From Octopus sinensis (taxonomy: Eukaryota), in the NCBI RefSeq assembly GCF_006345805.1, contig NC_043009.1, positions 69,192,001-69,256,000 of the forward strand: 64,000 nucleotides of DNA. The letters are read 5' to 3'. The notes under the pieces are model-generated. The model was not told the DNA's origin and made no database searches. It saw nothing but the letters and a program-made list of their open reading frames with translations. Shown here piece after piece: positions 37,141-48,774 of this stretch. The position numbers were made by a program, and so were the translations under genes. Each line of letters starts with the position of its first letter. Position 1 is the first letter of the stretch.

Positions 37141-40068
37141 AACAGAAGAACTACAAGCCTCTCAGAGAAATTTCCTTATTATTCTTTCAGCATTTGTTTA
37201 ATTTGAAATTTAAATGTTCATTAATTACACCTTCTGTTAATTAAAGCTGAAATTAGCAAACACCTCCATGTCTTTCAGTTTTCCTTTATTTCTCTAAACA
37301 CAGAGATGTAGTTTCAATCCTTACAATATCTAATCGGCTTATATAATATGCTCAGCTGTATCAATGTACAGAGACAGTGCTCCAGTATGGCCATGGTCAT
37401 GTTGGGTAAAATTAAGTAAAGAACTGAAGCACTCGCTTCAATATCACCATTGTTATGTAGATCACAGGTTCAATCTTCACAAGCCAATGAAAGCCTGCTA
37501 GAAATAGCAGCCGAATCTCCCTTAAATCATGTCCTGTTACTTTAAATATGGAAAAGGCCTAATAGATAACGTAATCATGCAAACCCTTAAAAGTAGAGGA
37601 TGATCAGAGTTGGAATATCTTAGATCATAGGTTTGCTTGATCAGGACTGACCTAGGGTTCAACAACAGCAATAACTTTGCTGTCTTAGTTGTTTCAAGTA
37701 TGGTGTATTTCATAGGTTCAATTTCAGCTGAATCCAGTAATTTTCTGTAGTAACATAAAGAAGCATGAACCATTTGATAGAATGCGATTCTCTGTTTTGT
37801 GTGTGAACTCACTTTCTGAAAACACACACTGATATTGTTATAGGGAAACTTTTATACAAGGACATTTTCCAGTCAAAACATTGCTTGGTATTTTTATTTT
37901 CATATATATATATATTTATACACACACATATATATATATATATGTGGGTGTATATATATATATATATTTATACACACACACATATATATATATATATATG
38001 TGGGCGTATATATATATATTTATACACACACACATATATATATATGTGGGTGTATATAACATGTATATCACATGAAATGACAAAGAAAAAAACGCAGTTA
38101 ATTTATGAACTTCATTAATTACAGCTGTTTCTGCTAAAAGATACAGGAGACTCTTAGTTGAGTGCCAGAAAAACACCCAATAGCTTCATCAGAGCCCTGA
38201 ATATGAAATACAATTTATTTGGGAAAAAGTATTACGTTTCAAAAACACAATTCTTTTATTCAAGTGTGCATGCAATAAATAATCTAATGCACTTTCAATG
38301 CTTTCTTATTACTTTGGATATGTATATATATTTGTGTATGTGTATAGGTATGTATAAATGAGGACAGTACAGCTAGCTTCCCAAGTCATTTGTTCCACAA
38401 ATGAGAGCCATTCACTTTGTGTCAGGACAAGTTTTGCAGCTCTTTCCAGGCCATTTTCTAATATTTCATTGCTGTATACAATGTCTTCAAAATTTCTCTA
38501 ACCAAAATGATGAAAAATCTCCTCATGTATTTTTCTTTGGCATGGGTTGGACAGTTTGACAGGAAGGAACTGACAAGTCAAAAGACTGCACCGAGATCTG
38601 CTGAGTTGGCATGGTTTCTACTGCTGGATATTTTACCTGATGCCAACCACTTTACAGTGTGTACTCGGTGCCTTTTACATGTGACCTGCAGTACAGTTAC
38701 CAAGCAGCTTGCAAATCTACAAAGCCCAAGAAATGGAACGGTGGGGCATCCTTACATTAGATGGGGGAGTTAAGGTATGAGAAAAGATGTTGGAGTAGCA
38801 CAGGTTCATGTTGTAGGCAACTGCAGAGTATATATCTGAAACCTGGTTGGAGAGGTGATGATCTTGAAATGGACTTCCGGTTGAATATCAGTCAGTTGGA
38901 ACAGCAGGTGGGGGCCTCACATCAGTGGTGGGTGTGGTGGTGCCTTCTAGCATTTGGTATACAGAGGTTTTGAATGACTACATTTGCACTGTGTCCAAGC
39001 CTTTCAATGTCCTATATTTATTGGAATGACCTTCCACACTGTCCAGTATCATCAAGCATTCAGCTCTATTGGTTGTCTGAAAAAACTTCAGATTCTAAAC
39101 CTGTAAATTTTCGTATGCTTTGATGAAATGTGGAGCAATAGTCTGTCAATTGATTAAATGTGTTTTTTGTTTTTTATGACCATGTCTCCAAATGCAGGAA
39201 ATCACGAAGTACAAAACATTTTCTCTTCAGTTTTCTAATGTCCTTTCCCCAACAGAAAAGTTGATTGGCAAAAGTTACTGTGATTGAAATTGCTTCAAAA
39301 TGGTCCTTCAGAAGCTGTAGTAAGGTTTCACAAAGTAAATCTTACAGAATTAAGGCTCCACATGGAAAAATGTACAGCTTTTAGTGGAGACAACACAAAT
39401 AGAAATTTTGGAGAATGTTTGTGCAAAAGTGTGAAATAATGTTGATTCAAAATTGAAGCAAACAATTTTTAACATAAAACTGCGTCGATAAATGGTAAAA
39501 ATCAGATGAGAAAATGTGCAACTTTCAACATACATTGATGAAATTTGTGCATAATTTAAAGTTGAATCACAAGACTTGGTTAGAGATTCCAAATGAAAAA
39601 TAGTAAAAGAATAATTTCAGAGTAAACCAATTTTATTTAGATTTCAAATTCTTATGAATATTCAGAAAGAATGATGCAGTGGGAACTCTGAAATTTCAGA
39701 CTTCCAATTGAAATAACAAAATATTTGAGAAAACATGGTCCAACACATTTCAGCATTGACAAAGGACAGCAAAAATATTATTCCACATCCTTTGTGTTTA
39801 GGTCAAGTTTAAGGCCACAATGACACTTGTAAATGACCATTAAGTTACCCCATAATTTCAAGAAGGGACCAGGTCACACAAACCGTTTAGCTCCTTATAG
39901 TGCAGTGAAATACTCTAGTTTATGGTTTCTATATATATTTAGCATCACACACTGATATAAATACGAACATATATAGAACTTTTTAGAGAGTATGATTACT
40001 ACACATATCAGTGATGTGGTTTGTCTCATTAGAAAATATATATAAAGGTTGAGAGAATGACATAGTTT

Positions 40069-41181
40069 CTATACTGTACAAATACATTTGTGCTTAGTTA
40101 AACGATTACTGTGGGAGAAGGAGATACCACAGCTATCACAGTGATATGGTTTTTCTTTAGTATGAATACGTTTATGGACAGTTAAAGCAGTACTTTGGGA
40201 GAAGGATTTACCACAGATATCACAAGGATATGGTTTTTCCCCAGTATGAATACGTTTGTGTCCCTTTAACACATTACTTTGATTAAATGCTTTACCGCAA
40301 ATATCACAATGGAATCGTTTTTCTCCAGTATGAATGCGTTTATGAGCAGTCAAGCCACTATTTCGTGGGAATGATTTACCACAGATATCACACTCATACG
40401 GTTTCTCTCCTGTATGAACATGTTTGTGAATAGTTAATTCATCATTTCGAGAGAATGATTGGTCACAGATATCACAGAGATAAGGCTTTTCTCCTGTATG
40501 AATACGTTTGTGTCTAGTTAGCTGATAATTTAGATTGAATGATCGACCACAGAAATTACACTGAAATGTTTTTTCTCCAGTATGAATGCGTTTATGAGCA
40601 GTCAATTCACTATTTCGAGGGAATGATTTACCACAAAAATCACACCAATATGGTTTCTCTCCTGAATGAACATGTTTATGAGCAGTTAACTGATCATTTC
40701 GCGGAAATGATTTGTCACAGATTTTACAGTGATAGGGCTTTTCTCCTGTATGAACACGTTTGTGTTTAGTTAGCTGATTACTTTGATTGAATGATCGACC
40801 ACAGAAATCGCATTGAAATGGTTTTTCTCCAGTATGAATGCGTTTGTGATCAGCTAAGTTGGAACGTTTAGAGAATGATTTACTGCACATATCACACCGA
40901 TAAGGTTTCTCTCCTGTGTGGATACGCCAGTGTTCGGTAAAAATATCTTTACGAATGAACGCTTGACCACAGATTTCACATCTATATGGTTTCTCTCCTG
41001 TATGGTGACGTTTATGAATAAGCAGCTCATCGGTTCGAGAGAATGGTCGACCACAGATATCACAGTGATATGGTTTCTCTCCCGTATGAATACGTCTGTG
41101 AGTTGTAAGAAGACTTTTTGTAGTCAATGATTTTTCACAAATATCACACTGATACAAAGTCTTTCCTGATTTTTTTGCCAT
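40069..41181 (-). CDS. C2H2 zinc-finger protein, 370 aa, 13 fingers (last is C2HC), no effector domain seen
   Basis: Intact ORF with TGEKP linkers and 28-aa periodicity. Confidence 0.97.
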   Translation of the reverse strand: MAKKSGKTLYQCDICEKSLTTKSLLTTHRRIHTGEKPYHCDICGRPFSRTDELLIHKRHHTGEKPYRCEICGQAFIRKDIFTEHWRIHTGEKPYRCDMCSKSFSKRSNLADHKRIHTGEKPFQCDFCGRSFNQSNQLTKHKRVHTGEKPYHCKICDKSFPRNDQLTAHKHVHSGEKPYWCDFCGKSFPRNSELTAHKRIHTGEKTFQCNFCGRSFNLNYQLTRHKRIHTGEKPYLCDICDQSFSRNDELTIHKHVHTGEKPYECDICGKSFPRNSGLTAHKRIHTGEKRFHCDICGKAFNQSNVLKGHKRIHTGEKPYPCDICGKSFSQSTALTVHKRIHTKEKPYHCDSCGISFSHSNRLTKHKCICTV

Positions 41182-42893
41182 TTCTTCAGAACGAAAAGAA
41201 AACCAAAATCAATCTTTTTAACTCATTTCACCATCATTTCCCTTCTTTCGCCACAATATATGGATACTTCACTTGCTTTTCTTTTTATAATTTATATGTA
41301 ACAAATATTCTTTAAAATATATTTCCATCACCTCTGACCTTTACAAATATCAGATGTCAAAAAGTCCTTTATAGATCTATCCATTTAGAATGCAAAATTA
41401 TCAGGTTTTTTTTTTTTTTACCAGACAGGGACTAATGTAAATGTTTCCAAGAATTTCCCCATAATTCTCCTGATTATATAAATATTATTATATTTATTCT
41501 ATATAACATCCTTTGTCTTCAAAAAAATTATAGATATTGATGATGCTTCGGATCTAAAGTAATTTTTGCAGCCAGTTTCATCAAGGACCTGAAATAATAG
41601 AGAAACAGTATAAGATATAAAGAATAATTAAATTGTAGAGAATCACCAAAAATTCACATTTTTATGGTGATAAATTTTAGAATACAACTGAACTTATCCA
41701 GCGTATCACAACACTATTTCATACATAACAGAGCAGAAATAAACATCTAATAGAGATACATATCATACCACAGAAAAGAAATGTCTACTTGTCTTGATTG
41801 TTGGAAGCAAGGGTCACTACCAAGTGAAAAACATCATTTGTTTCTAGTTTTGCATAAACCCATCTCTGACCAACAAACAATATTACCTTACTGGGAAACC
41901 TATGAGGATTGGTGACAGAAAGGGTTTGTAAAAAATCTGCCCAATGAATAATGTCTATACAAGCATGGGAAGGTGAACATTAAAACGAAGACATACTACA
42001 GCAGATAATTACATACACGTATCATTATCAGTTTTTTATGTCAGCTTTTCCATGTCATCAAAGTTTTACAACAATGTTCTTCCTGATACAAACCCTTTTT
42101 ATTCGCTGTGACTAAATTGTGATCTGGTGGTCTCTAAGTTTGGGGTAAATGAATGATGCTTTGTGAAAGCCATGTACAGAGGTGCTGTCAGCAAAGTGAG
42201 AGTTAATAAAGAGTATAGCTATGAATTCAGTGAGAACGTGGGATTGCATCAAGACTCAGTCTCCCCAAATCCATTTTGTCCATTATAGTCCTTCAAGCCA
42301 TTACACAGTTCAAGACCGCCAGCTCGTGTGAACTCACATTAAAATTGTTCACAGACTTCTTATTGCAGAATCTGAAGTAGAATTAGAAAAGAAATTCCAT
42401 GGATAGATGCAAAGCTTTGAATGGAGAAACCTCCAGCTGAATTTGGCGAAAATCAAAGTATTAGTAAATGTAAAGAAGTTAAGACAGTGCTCGAATCAGG
42501 AAAATAACCATACTCGATATATAGAAAAGGAGTAGGTAGGAATTGCATTCGGTGTATTAGAGGGACGAGGGGTCGGGATAGAAAAAGAAAAAGGAATGAA
42601 ATAGTGAAAACGGCAGAGTTTCTAAATAGCAATCAGTTTAATTAGCAACCAAAAATAACAATCATTACGATTAGCAATCGAGAAGGAAAACGACACACAA
42701 TTAGGAGTTGAAATATTAGGAGAGAGAAAAAAATTCTGAAATTTATGGCTAAAACTTTTTTTTTTGCATCGTAATTGAAAGAATTGGGAGACTTTTCAAT
42801 TAGTTTTCTTGCGTTTTGCTCGATTCCCGAAGAGGTTCTCCGAAAATGCGTTTCGCAAATATTGTAAATAGTTTAAGCATGATAAATACTCAC

Positions 42894-42990
42894 TTGTACC
42901 TTTCTTTTATGTCGCGTTGAAGGAGATGATCGGAGGAAATTGCTTCGGTGGATTGTTTTGACGAAAGAAGGGAAACCAAGAAAGACATTT
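42894..42990 (-). other. Candidate non-coding first exon of ZNF copy 1 (intron about 41589-42893); copy 2 equivalent ends at 50497 (intron 49191-50496)
   Basis: Minus-strand CAA|gtgagt donor and tctattatttcag acceptor; relatively CpG-rich. The 5' boundary is approximate. Confidence 0.6.
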
Positions 42991-43181
42991 TTAAAATAAT
43001 AAATCTAAAGGAAATAGGGATAAACTTAGAGATTTATTGCTAACCACAGTTTCGTAGCCATTCCGATAAAAGTGCGACTTTACCAACGATTTTAGGTGAT
43101 AAAAAGAAAATTAATAAAACTTAAATGCAGTATGGTTGACCTAATAAGCCTATGGCTTAGAAAGTACTTTAGTTCTTTTGT

Positions 43182-43184
<3 letters not shown>

Positions 43185-43253
<69 letters not shown>

Positions 43254-43285
43254 CAGACAAACAGATAGATAGATAGATAGATAAC
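43185..43285. repeat. (GATA)n/(GACA)n microsatellite
   Basis: Directly visible. Confidence 0.95.
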
Positions 43286-44109
43286 TTTCTTTATTGGCCA
43301 CACAGGGCTGAACATAGAGGGGACAAATACAATGTAGAGTTTTTGTTTTTGAGGAGGGCAAAAACAAAACAAAATAAAAAACAAAATTAGGGACAACGAT
43401 CAAAAGGGATTGAAATCATTTGGGATCATCATCATCATCATCATCATTTAGCGTCCGTTTTCCATGCTAGCATGGGTTGGACGGTTTAACTGGAGTCTGT
43501 GAAGACGGGAGGCTTCCTCAGGCCCAGTCAGATTTGGCAGTGTTTCTACGGCTGGATGCCCTTCCTAACGGCAACCACACCGTGAGTGTAGTGTGTGCTT
43601 TTTACGTGCCACCTGCACAGGTGCCAGACAAAGCTGGCAAACGGCCACGAACGGATGGTGCTTTTACGTGCTACCGGCACGGGGGCCAGGCGAGGCTGGC
43701 AACGGACACGAACGGATGCTGCTTTTACGTGCTACCGGCACGGGGGCCAGGCGAGGCTGGCAACGGGATATATAAAAAAAGTCAAAGTAATACAAAACGT
43801 TCCCCAAAAATGGGGAGGTTTATCCATGGAAAGAAAAACCTATGAAAAGACCACGGTAACCTTGGGTAATAATGTCACATAATAACATTTATTTACGAGT
43901 AACTCTCTGTTTTAAATATTTTTTCTTTTCCAGTTCATTGGATCATGCTCAAGGTGGCTTCATCATTCATACGTGCCATCCTTGCTACATTCACCCATCT
44001 TTTTTTGAAACATTCGCTAGACAAAACTTCCCTCTCTACTCTCACTTTCCTTTTCAAGTGATACTTGAAAAAGTTGATGAGAGATTGACCAGAGAGGAAA
44101 GTGTTTGTC

Positions 44110-44740
44110 TCTAATCCTTTCAGGCACGTCCACCAGATACATTATTTCACCATAGCCACGAGTACGATGAAAATAGCTCTTCCTTCCCGTTTGAAGGAAG
44201 GAGGCATGTCGATATTGTTGATAGACTCAGCTGATTAACCGACTCGTCCCACATGTGACAGCAGTCGTTCGACATAAGCCCACAGGTCGGAAATGGTTGG
44301 ACACTGCAAGAGGGCATGCAGAACAGATTTGTCGCTCTGACCGCATCTTTGGCAGTTCAGCCAGGTGTTTCTTGAGCCGTGCCTATAGAGCTTATCCTGA
44401 ACAGGTAGCGCTTCTCGATTGCACTGCCAGGCCAGGGATCTCTGGCAATTGTCCATAGGTCCTGGCCCGAAAGTCGTCTTGAACAGGCAAGTCAGGTATT
44501 CCTCGTCGACACCCAGGTTCTCCCCGAGATCGTCGTCGTACCTCCCCTCCACTAATCCCCTATAGAATGCTTTGGTTGTGATGCAGTCACTCAAGGTCGA
44601 CCCAGGACGGTGTAGTTCCTTGAGAACATGATACTCGCGGTGCCATTCACTCTTCCTCAGCCTCTTCTTGATCCACGACCGCAGCTTTATTTCCCCAAGC
44701 ATTTCAAGGCTAGGGAAATGCTGGTCCATAAACGAATTTG
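44110..44740 (-). mobile_element. L1/Tx1-clade LINE ORF2 C-terminal fragment (zf-RVT-type zinc knuckle)
   Basis: AWQCNREALP...CQRCGQSDKSVLHALLQCPTISDLW in ORF 44235-44789. Confidence 0.8.
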
Positions 44741-47700
44741 ACCAGAGTTCTATAATGACATTTTTCAAAGTCAAGAAGAAAATATACAAATTTAATTAGA
44801 GTTGAAACTGCCCCTAGGGGGTCAATTCCTCCCTTGGAAACACACTCAAACAAAAGTTGGGTGCTTCACACACCTTGTGTACAAAAATGAAAACAAAATA
44901 TGGGCAATAAATGGTCGAAAAAAGCGATTACTTTCGGAGCCGATGCGACAACACATCAGTAGATAGATCGATCGATTGATGGATGGGTGGACAGATGGAT
45001 GGATGGAGAGACGGACGGACGGACGGATGGACAGGTAGGTAGGTAGGAAGGAGGCAGACAGGCAGACATTTCTATTTAAAATTAATCCTAACTGTTTTTT
45101 CTACCACATAAGCTAAAAATTGTATTGAAGAACGTATTTTAAGTTTTGGAAAGCTGACAACAGCATGAACCATTTGATAGAATGCGATTCTCTGTTTTGT
45201 GTGTGTAGAACTCACTTTCTGAAAACACGCACTGATATTGTTATAGGGAAACATTTTCCAGTCAAAACATTACTTTGTATTTTTATTTTCATATATATAT
45301 ATATATGTAGTGGATCTTGCAGGCATGAAGTGGATTCGATCCGCCATAGCCAAATATCAAGTAACAGTCCAACAGAACTTTTCTCACGGTGGAACAATGG
45401 TTTTTCTGTGACAGCAGTTTTACATTTTCTAAATGCCTTAGCTAGGTCGAAATAATATCTTTACCACTTGACCTTTCTAACCTCTTCTATTTTGCCAAAA
45501 GCTAGAATAAAGATAACAAGACCACCAACTAAATCCATTGTTCTCAACGAAAAGTCTACCCTTCTGGATAGTTATAAAAGCAAGAACCCCAAGCAAAAAT
45601 CAGTTAGTCACTTGGTGACAGCTCAGTTAGTTGGTTCATGAATGACAACTCGAGTCAGAGACAGCTACCATCAGTTGGGGAGTGGAACGCTAGAAACATG
45701 ATCACAAGCGAGGCAGCTACTAAAGACAATGGTCAAATGGAGAAATGAAATTTACTATCAGCAGCTATGAGACCCAACTTCCCACACTCTCTCACTTTGT
45801 CTTCTCTGCACTATTACCATCTCTCTCTCTATGGTTTACTACTACAATAAGAACACACAGTCCGAAATTAACTTTTTTACTTTGCATGCTCTCAGATTTT
45901 ATCACCTACCTGTTGAGGCAAGGCATATTCGATGTAACACTAAGTCATAACATATAAAACCAAGTGCTGTACTCGCACGCCTGTTATATGTCTGATCGGT
46001 TCCAGGCCAGGGCATGCAATTCGTAACACCGTTGCTGAAGCAGTCAATATGGCACAATGCTCCAGGAGTGTTATCACTCTGGTTATCAGTACTCGTCATA
46101 TGGTTGGCGATGTAGCTGCTGGCATTAGTGCGGATGCAGCCGGTGGTAACATGGTGCGGGGCCAGTCAGCCCATCAGTGTCAGTGATAATCTTTTGGTCA
46201 TCTGTAGTGGTGGTACTGGAACAGCAGACACCTCCTCTGGTTGCTCGTCCGGGATTGGATAGGTGTGGGGATTGTACTGGTAGTAATATTTGGTGCAAGG
46301 CTGGTCAGTCTATCTGAGTCCATAACAATGGTTTGTTCATCATCTGTGGCAGTGGTCATCGGTTACGTCTTGTGATGCTGGTCCTGGACTGGTCACCATC
46401 TCTGGCTGTGGCAATTATACTGGCATGAGATGTGGTTAATCTGCTAATATTGTTAAATCTCAAGTTCTGAGCATTTCTTCACATCCGTGCCACAGAACAT
46501 TAAAATTTTTTGTCTTTGTATAGAATCTGACTAACTGTCCACAAATCTTTGTGGATACAAAACCTTTAATTAAACTCTATTCACAAAATTTAAATCTCTG
46601 TTGTTATAATTACTGCTCCAATCTTTAGAATGTGCTACTTTTCTGATATGTTTTATTCACTGTATATATATATATATATATATTTGTTTGTGTATATGTG
46701 TATAGGTATGTATAAATGAGGGCAGTACAGCTAGCTTCCCAAGTCATTTGTTCCACAAATGAGAGCTGTTCACTTAGTGTCAGGACAAGTTTTGCAGCTC
46801 TTTCCAGGCCATTTTATAATATTTCATTGCTGTATACAATGTCTTCAAAATTTCTTTAACCAAAATAGTGAAAAATCTCCTCATGTATTTTTCTCTGCCA
46901 TGTACTCTCCTAATTTCAAATTATTGTCTATCATTGTCTAGATATTCCAAACTGTCGTTTTTGTTGCTATTGTCCGTCAAATTCTTATTTCTTGGGATAA
47001 AATATCAAGTGACTCTTTTCAGACCATATTCCATGTTAAGGGAGAATGTATCTGTGGAATACTCAGACTCATGATTCTATAATCCAATAAAGATATTGTT
47101 CAGTTGATAGCACAACTGGAACAGTCATTGTTGAATCAAGAGAAGGGACCATCTGCAATTTGAGATGGTAAATTCTATCTATGACCATGTTGGACCATCC
47201 GTAGCTAGTCCAGTGTTTCTCAACCGGGGTCCTTCTAAGATTTTGTTGCTAAAATTTAAGGGGCCACAGACTGGTTACATTCCTACAATACACAAAAGAT
47301 TTATACAATGCTTTTATACAATTCCTAATAATATTTAATCACAAAAACACAATAGGATTTTTTGGAACATCAAATGGCTATGTGGGGCCTCCTCACCTGC
47401 GTAAAATAGGAATCAAAGGATTCCATAGAAAAAAACGGTAAAAAATAGTAAAAGAATAATTTCAGAGTAAGCCAATTTTATTTAGATTTCAAATTCTTAT
47501 GAATATTCAGAAAGAATGATGCAGTTGGAACTCTGAAATTTCAGACTTCCACTTGAAATAACAAAATATTTGAGAAAACATGGTCCAACACATTTCAGCA
47601 TTGACAAAGGACAGCAAAAATATTATTCCACATCCTTTGTGTTTAGGTCAAGTTTAAGGCCACAATGACACTTGTAAATGACCATTAAGTTACCCCATAA

Positions 47701-47913
47701 TTTCAAGAAGGGACCAGGTCACACAAACCGTTTAGCTCCTTATAGTGCAGTGAAATACTCTAGTTTATGGTTTCTATATATATTTAGCATCACACACTGA
47801 TATAAATACAAACATATATAGAACTTTTTAGAGAGTATGATTACTACACATATCAGTGATGTGGTTTGTCTCATTAGAAAATATATATAAAGGTTGAGAG
47901 AATGACATAGTTT

Positions 47914-48774
47914 CTATACTGTACAAATACATTTGTGCTTAGTTAAACGATTACTGTGGGAGAAGGAGATACCACAGCTATCACAGTGATATGGTTTTTC
48001 TTTAGTATGAATACGTTTATGGACAGTTAAAGCAGTACTTTGGGAGAAGGATTTACCACAGATATCACAAGGATATGGTTTTTCCCCAGTATGAATGCGT
48101 TTGTGTCCCTTTAACACATTACTTTGATTAAATGCTTTACCGCAAATATCACAATGGAATCGTTTTTCTCCAGTATGAATGCGTTTATGAGCAGTCAAGC
48201 CACTATTTCGTGGGAATGATTTACCACAGATATCACATCCATACGGTTTCTCTCCTGTATGAACATGTTTGTGAATAGTTAATTCATCATTTCGAGAGAA
48301 TGATTGGTCACAGATATCACAGAGATAAGGCTTTTCTCCTGTATGAATACGTTTGTGTTTAATTAACTGATTATTTTGATTGAATGATCTACCACAGAAA
48401 TCACAATGATATGGTTTTTCTCCAGTATGAATGCGTTTGTGATCAGTTAAGTTAGTACTTTTAGCGAATGACTTACTACACATATCACATTGATATGGTT
48501 TCTCTCCTGTGTGAATACGTCTGTGTGTGGTTAAAATATCCCTACGAGTGAACGATTGACCACAGATATCACATTCATATGGTTTCTCTCCAGTATGGAC
48601 ACGTTTGTGAATAGTTAACTCATCAGTTCGAGAGAATGCTTTACCACAGATATCACAGTGATATGGCTTCTCTCCCGTATGAATACGTATATGAGTTGTA
48701 AGATGACCTTTTGTAGTGAATAACTTTTCACAAATATCACACTGACATAAGGACTTTCCAAAGTTTTTCGCCAT
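47914..48774 (-). CDS. C2H2 zinc-finger protein, 286 aa, 10 fingers (last is C2HC), paralogue of 40069-41181
   Basis: Intact ORF; the C-terminal fingers are nearly identical to copy 1. Confidence 0.97.
   Translation of the reverse strand: MAKNFGKSLCQCDICEKLFTTKGHLTTHIRIHTGEKPYHCDICGKAFSRTDELTIHKRVHTGEKPYECDICGQSFTRRDILTTHRRIHTGEKPYQCDMCSKSFAKSTNLTDHKRIHTGEKPYHCDFCGRSFNQNNQLIKHKRIHTGEKPYLCDICDQSFSRNDELTIHKHVHTGEKPYGCDICGKSFPRNSGLTAHKRIHTGEKRFHCDICGKAFNQSNVLKGHKRIHTGEKPYPCDICGKSFSQSTALTVHKRIHTKEKPYHCDSCGISFSHSNRLTKHKCICTV

Larger units (their letters stand above)
39601..43130. repeat. Segmental duplication copy 1 (copy 2 at 47445-50733); older homologous blocks at 37760-37890/45165-45300 and 38330-38535/46690-46895
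   Basis: Direct comparison; offset about 7.6-7.8 kb. Confidence 0.95.

Noticed and set aside
39290-39700. hAT-like transposase remnant (FSGDNTNRNFG)
   Set aside because: Only one short motif amid stops; too weak to call.
40539-41315. Antisense and alternative-frame ORFs over the ZNF
   Set aside because: Shadows of the 84-bp finger periodicity.
45900-46430. GC-richer, Thr/Pro-rich minus-strand stretch, possibly LINE ORF1
   Set aside because: No diagnostic motif found and the frames are interrupted.
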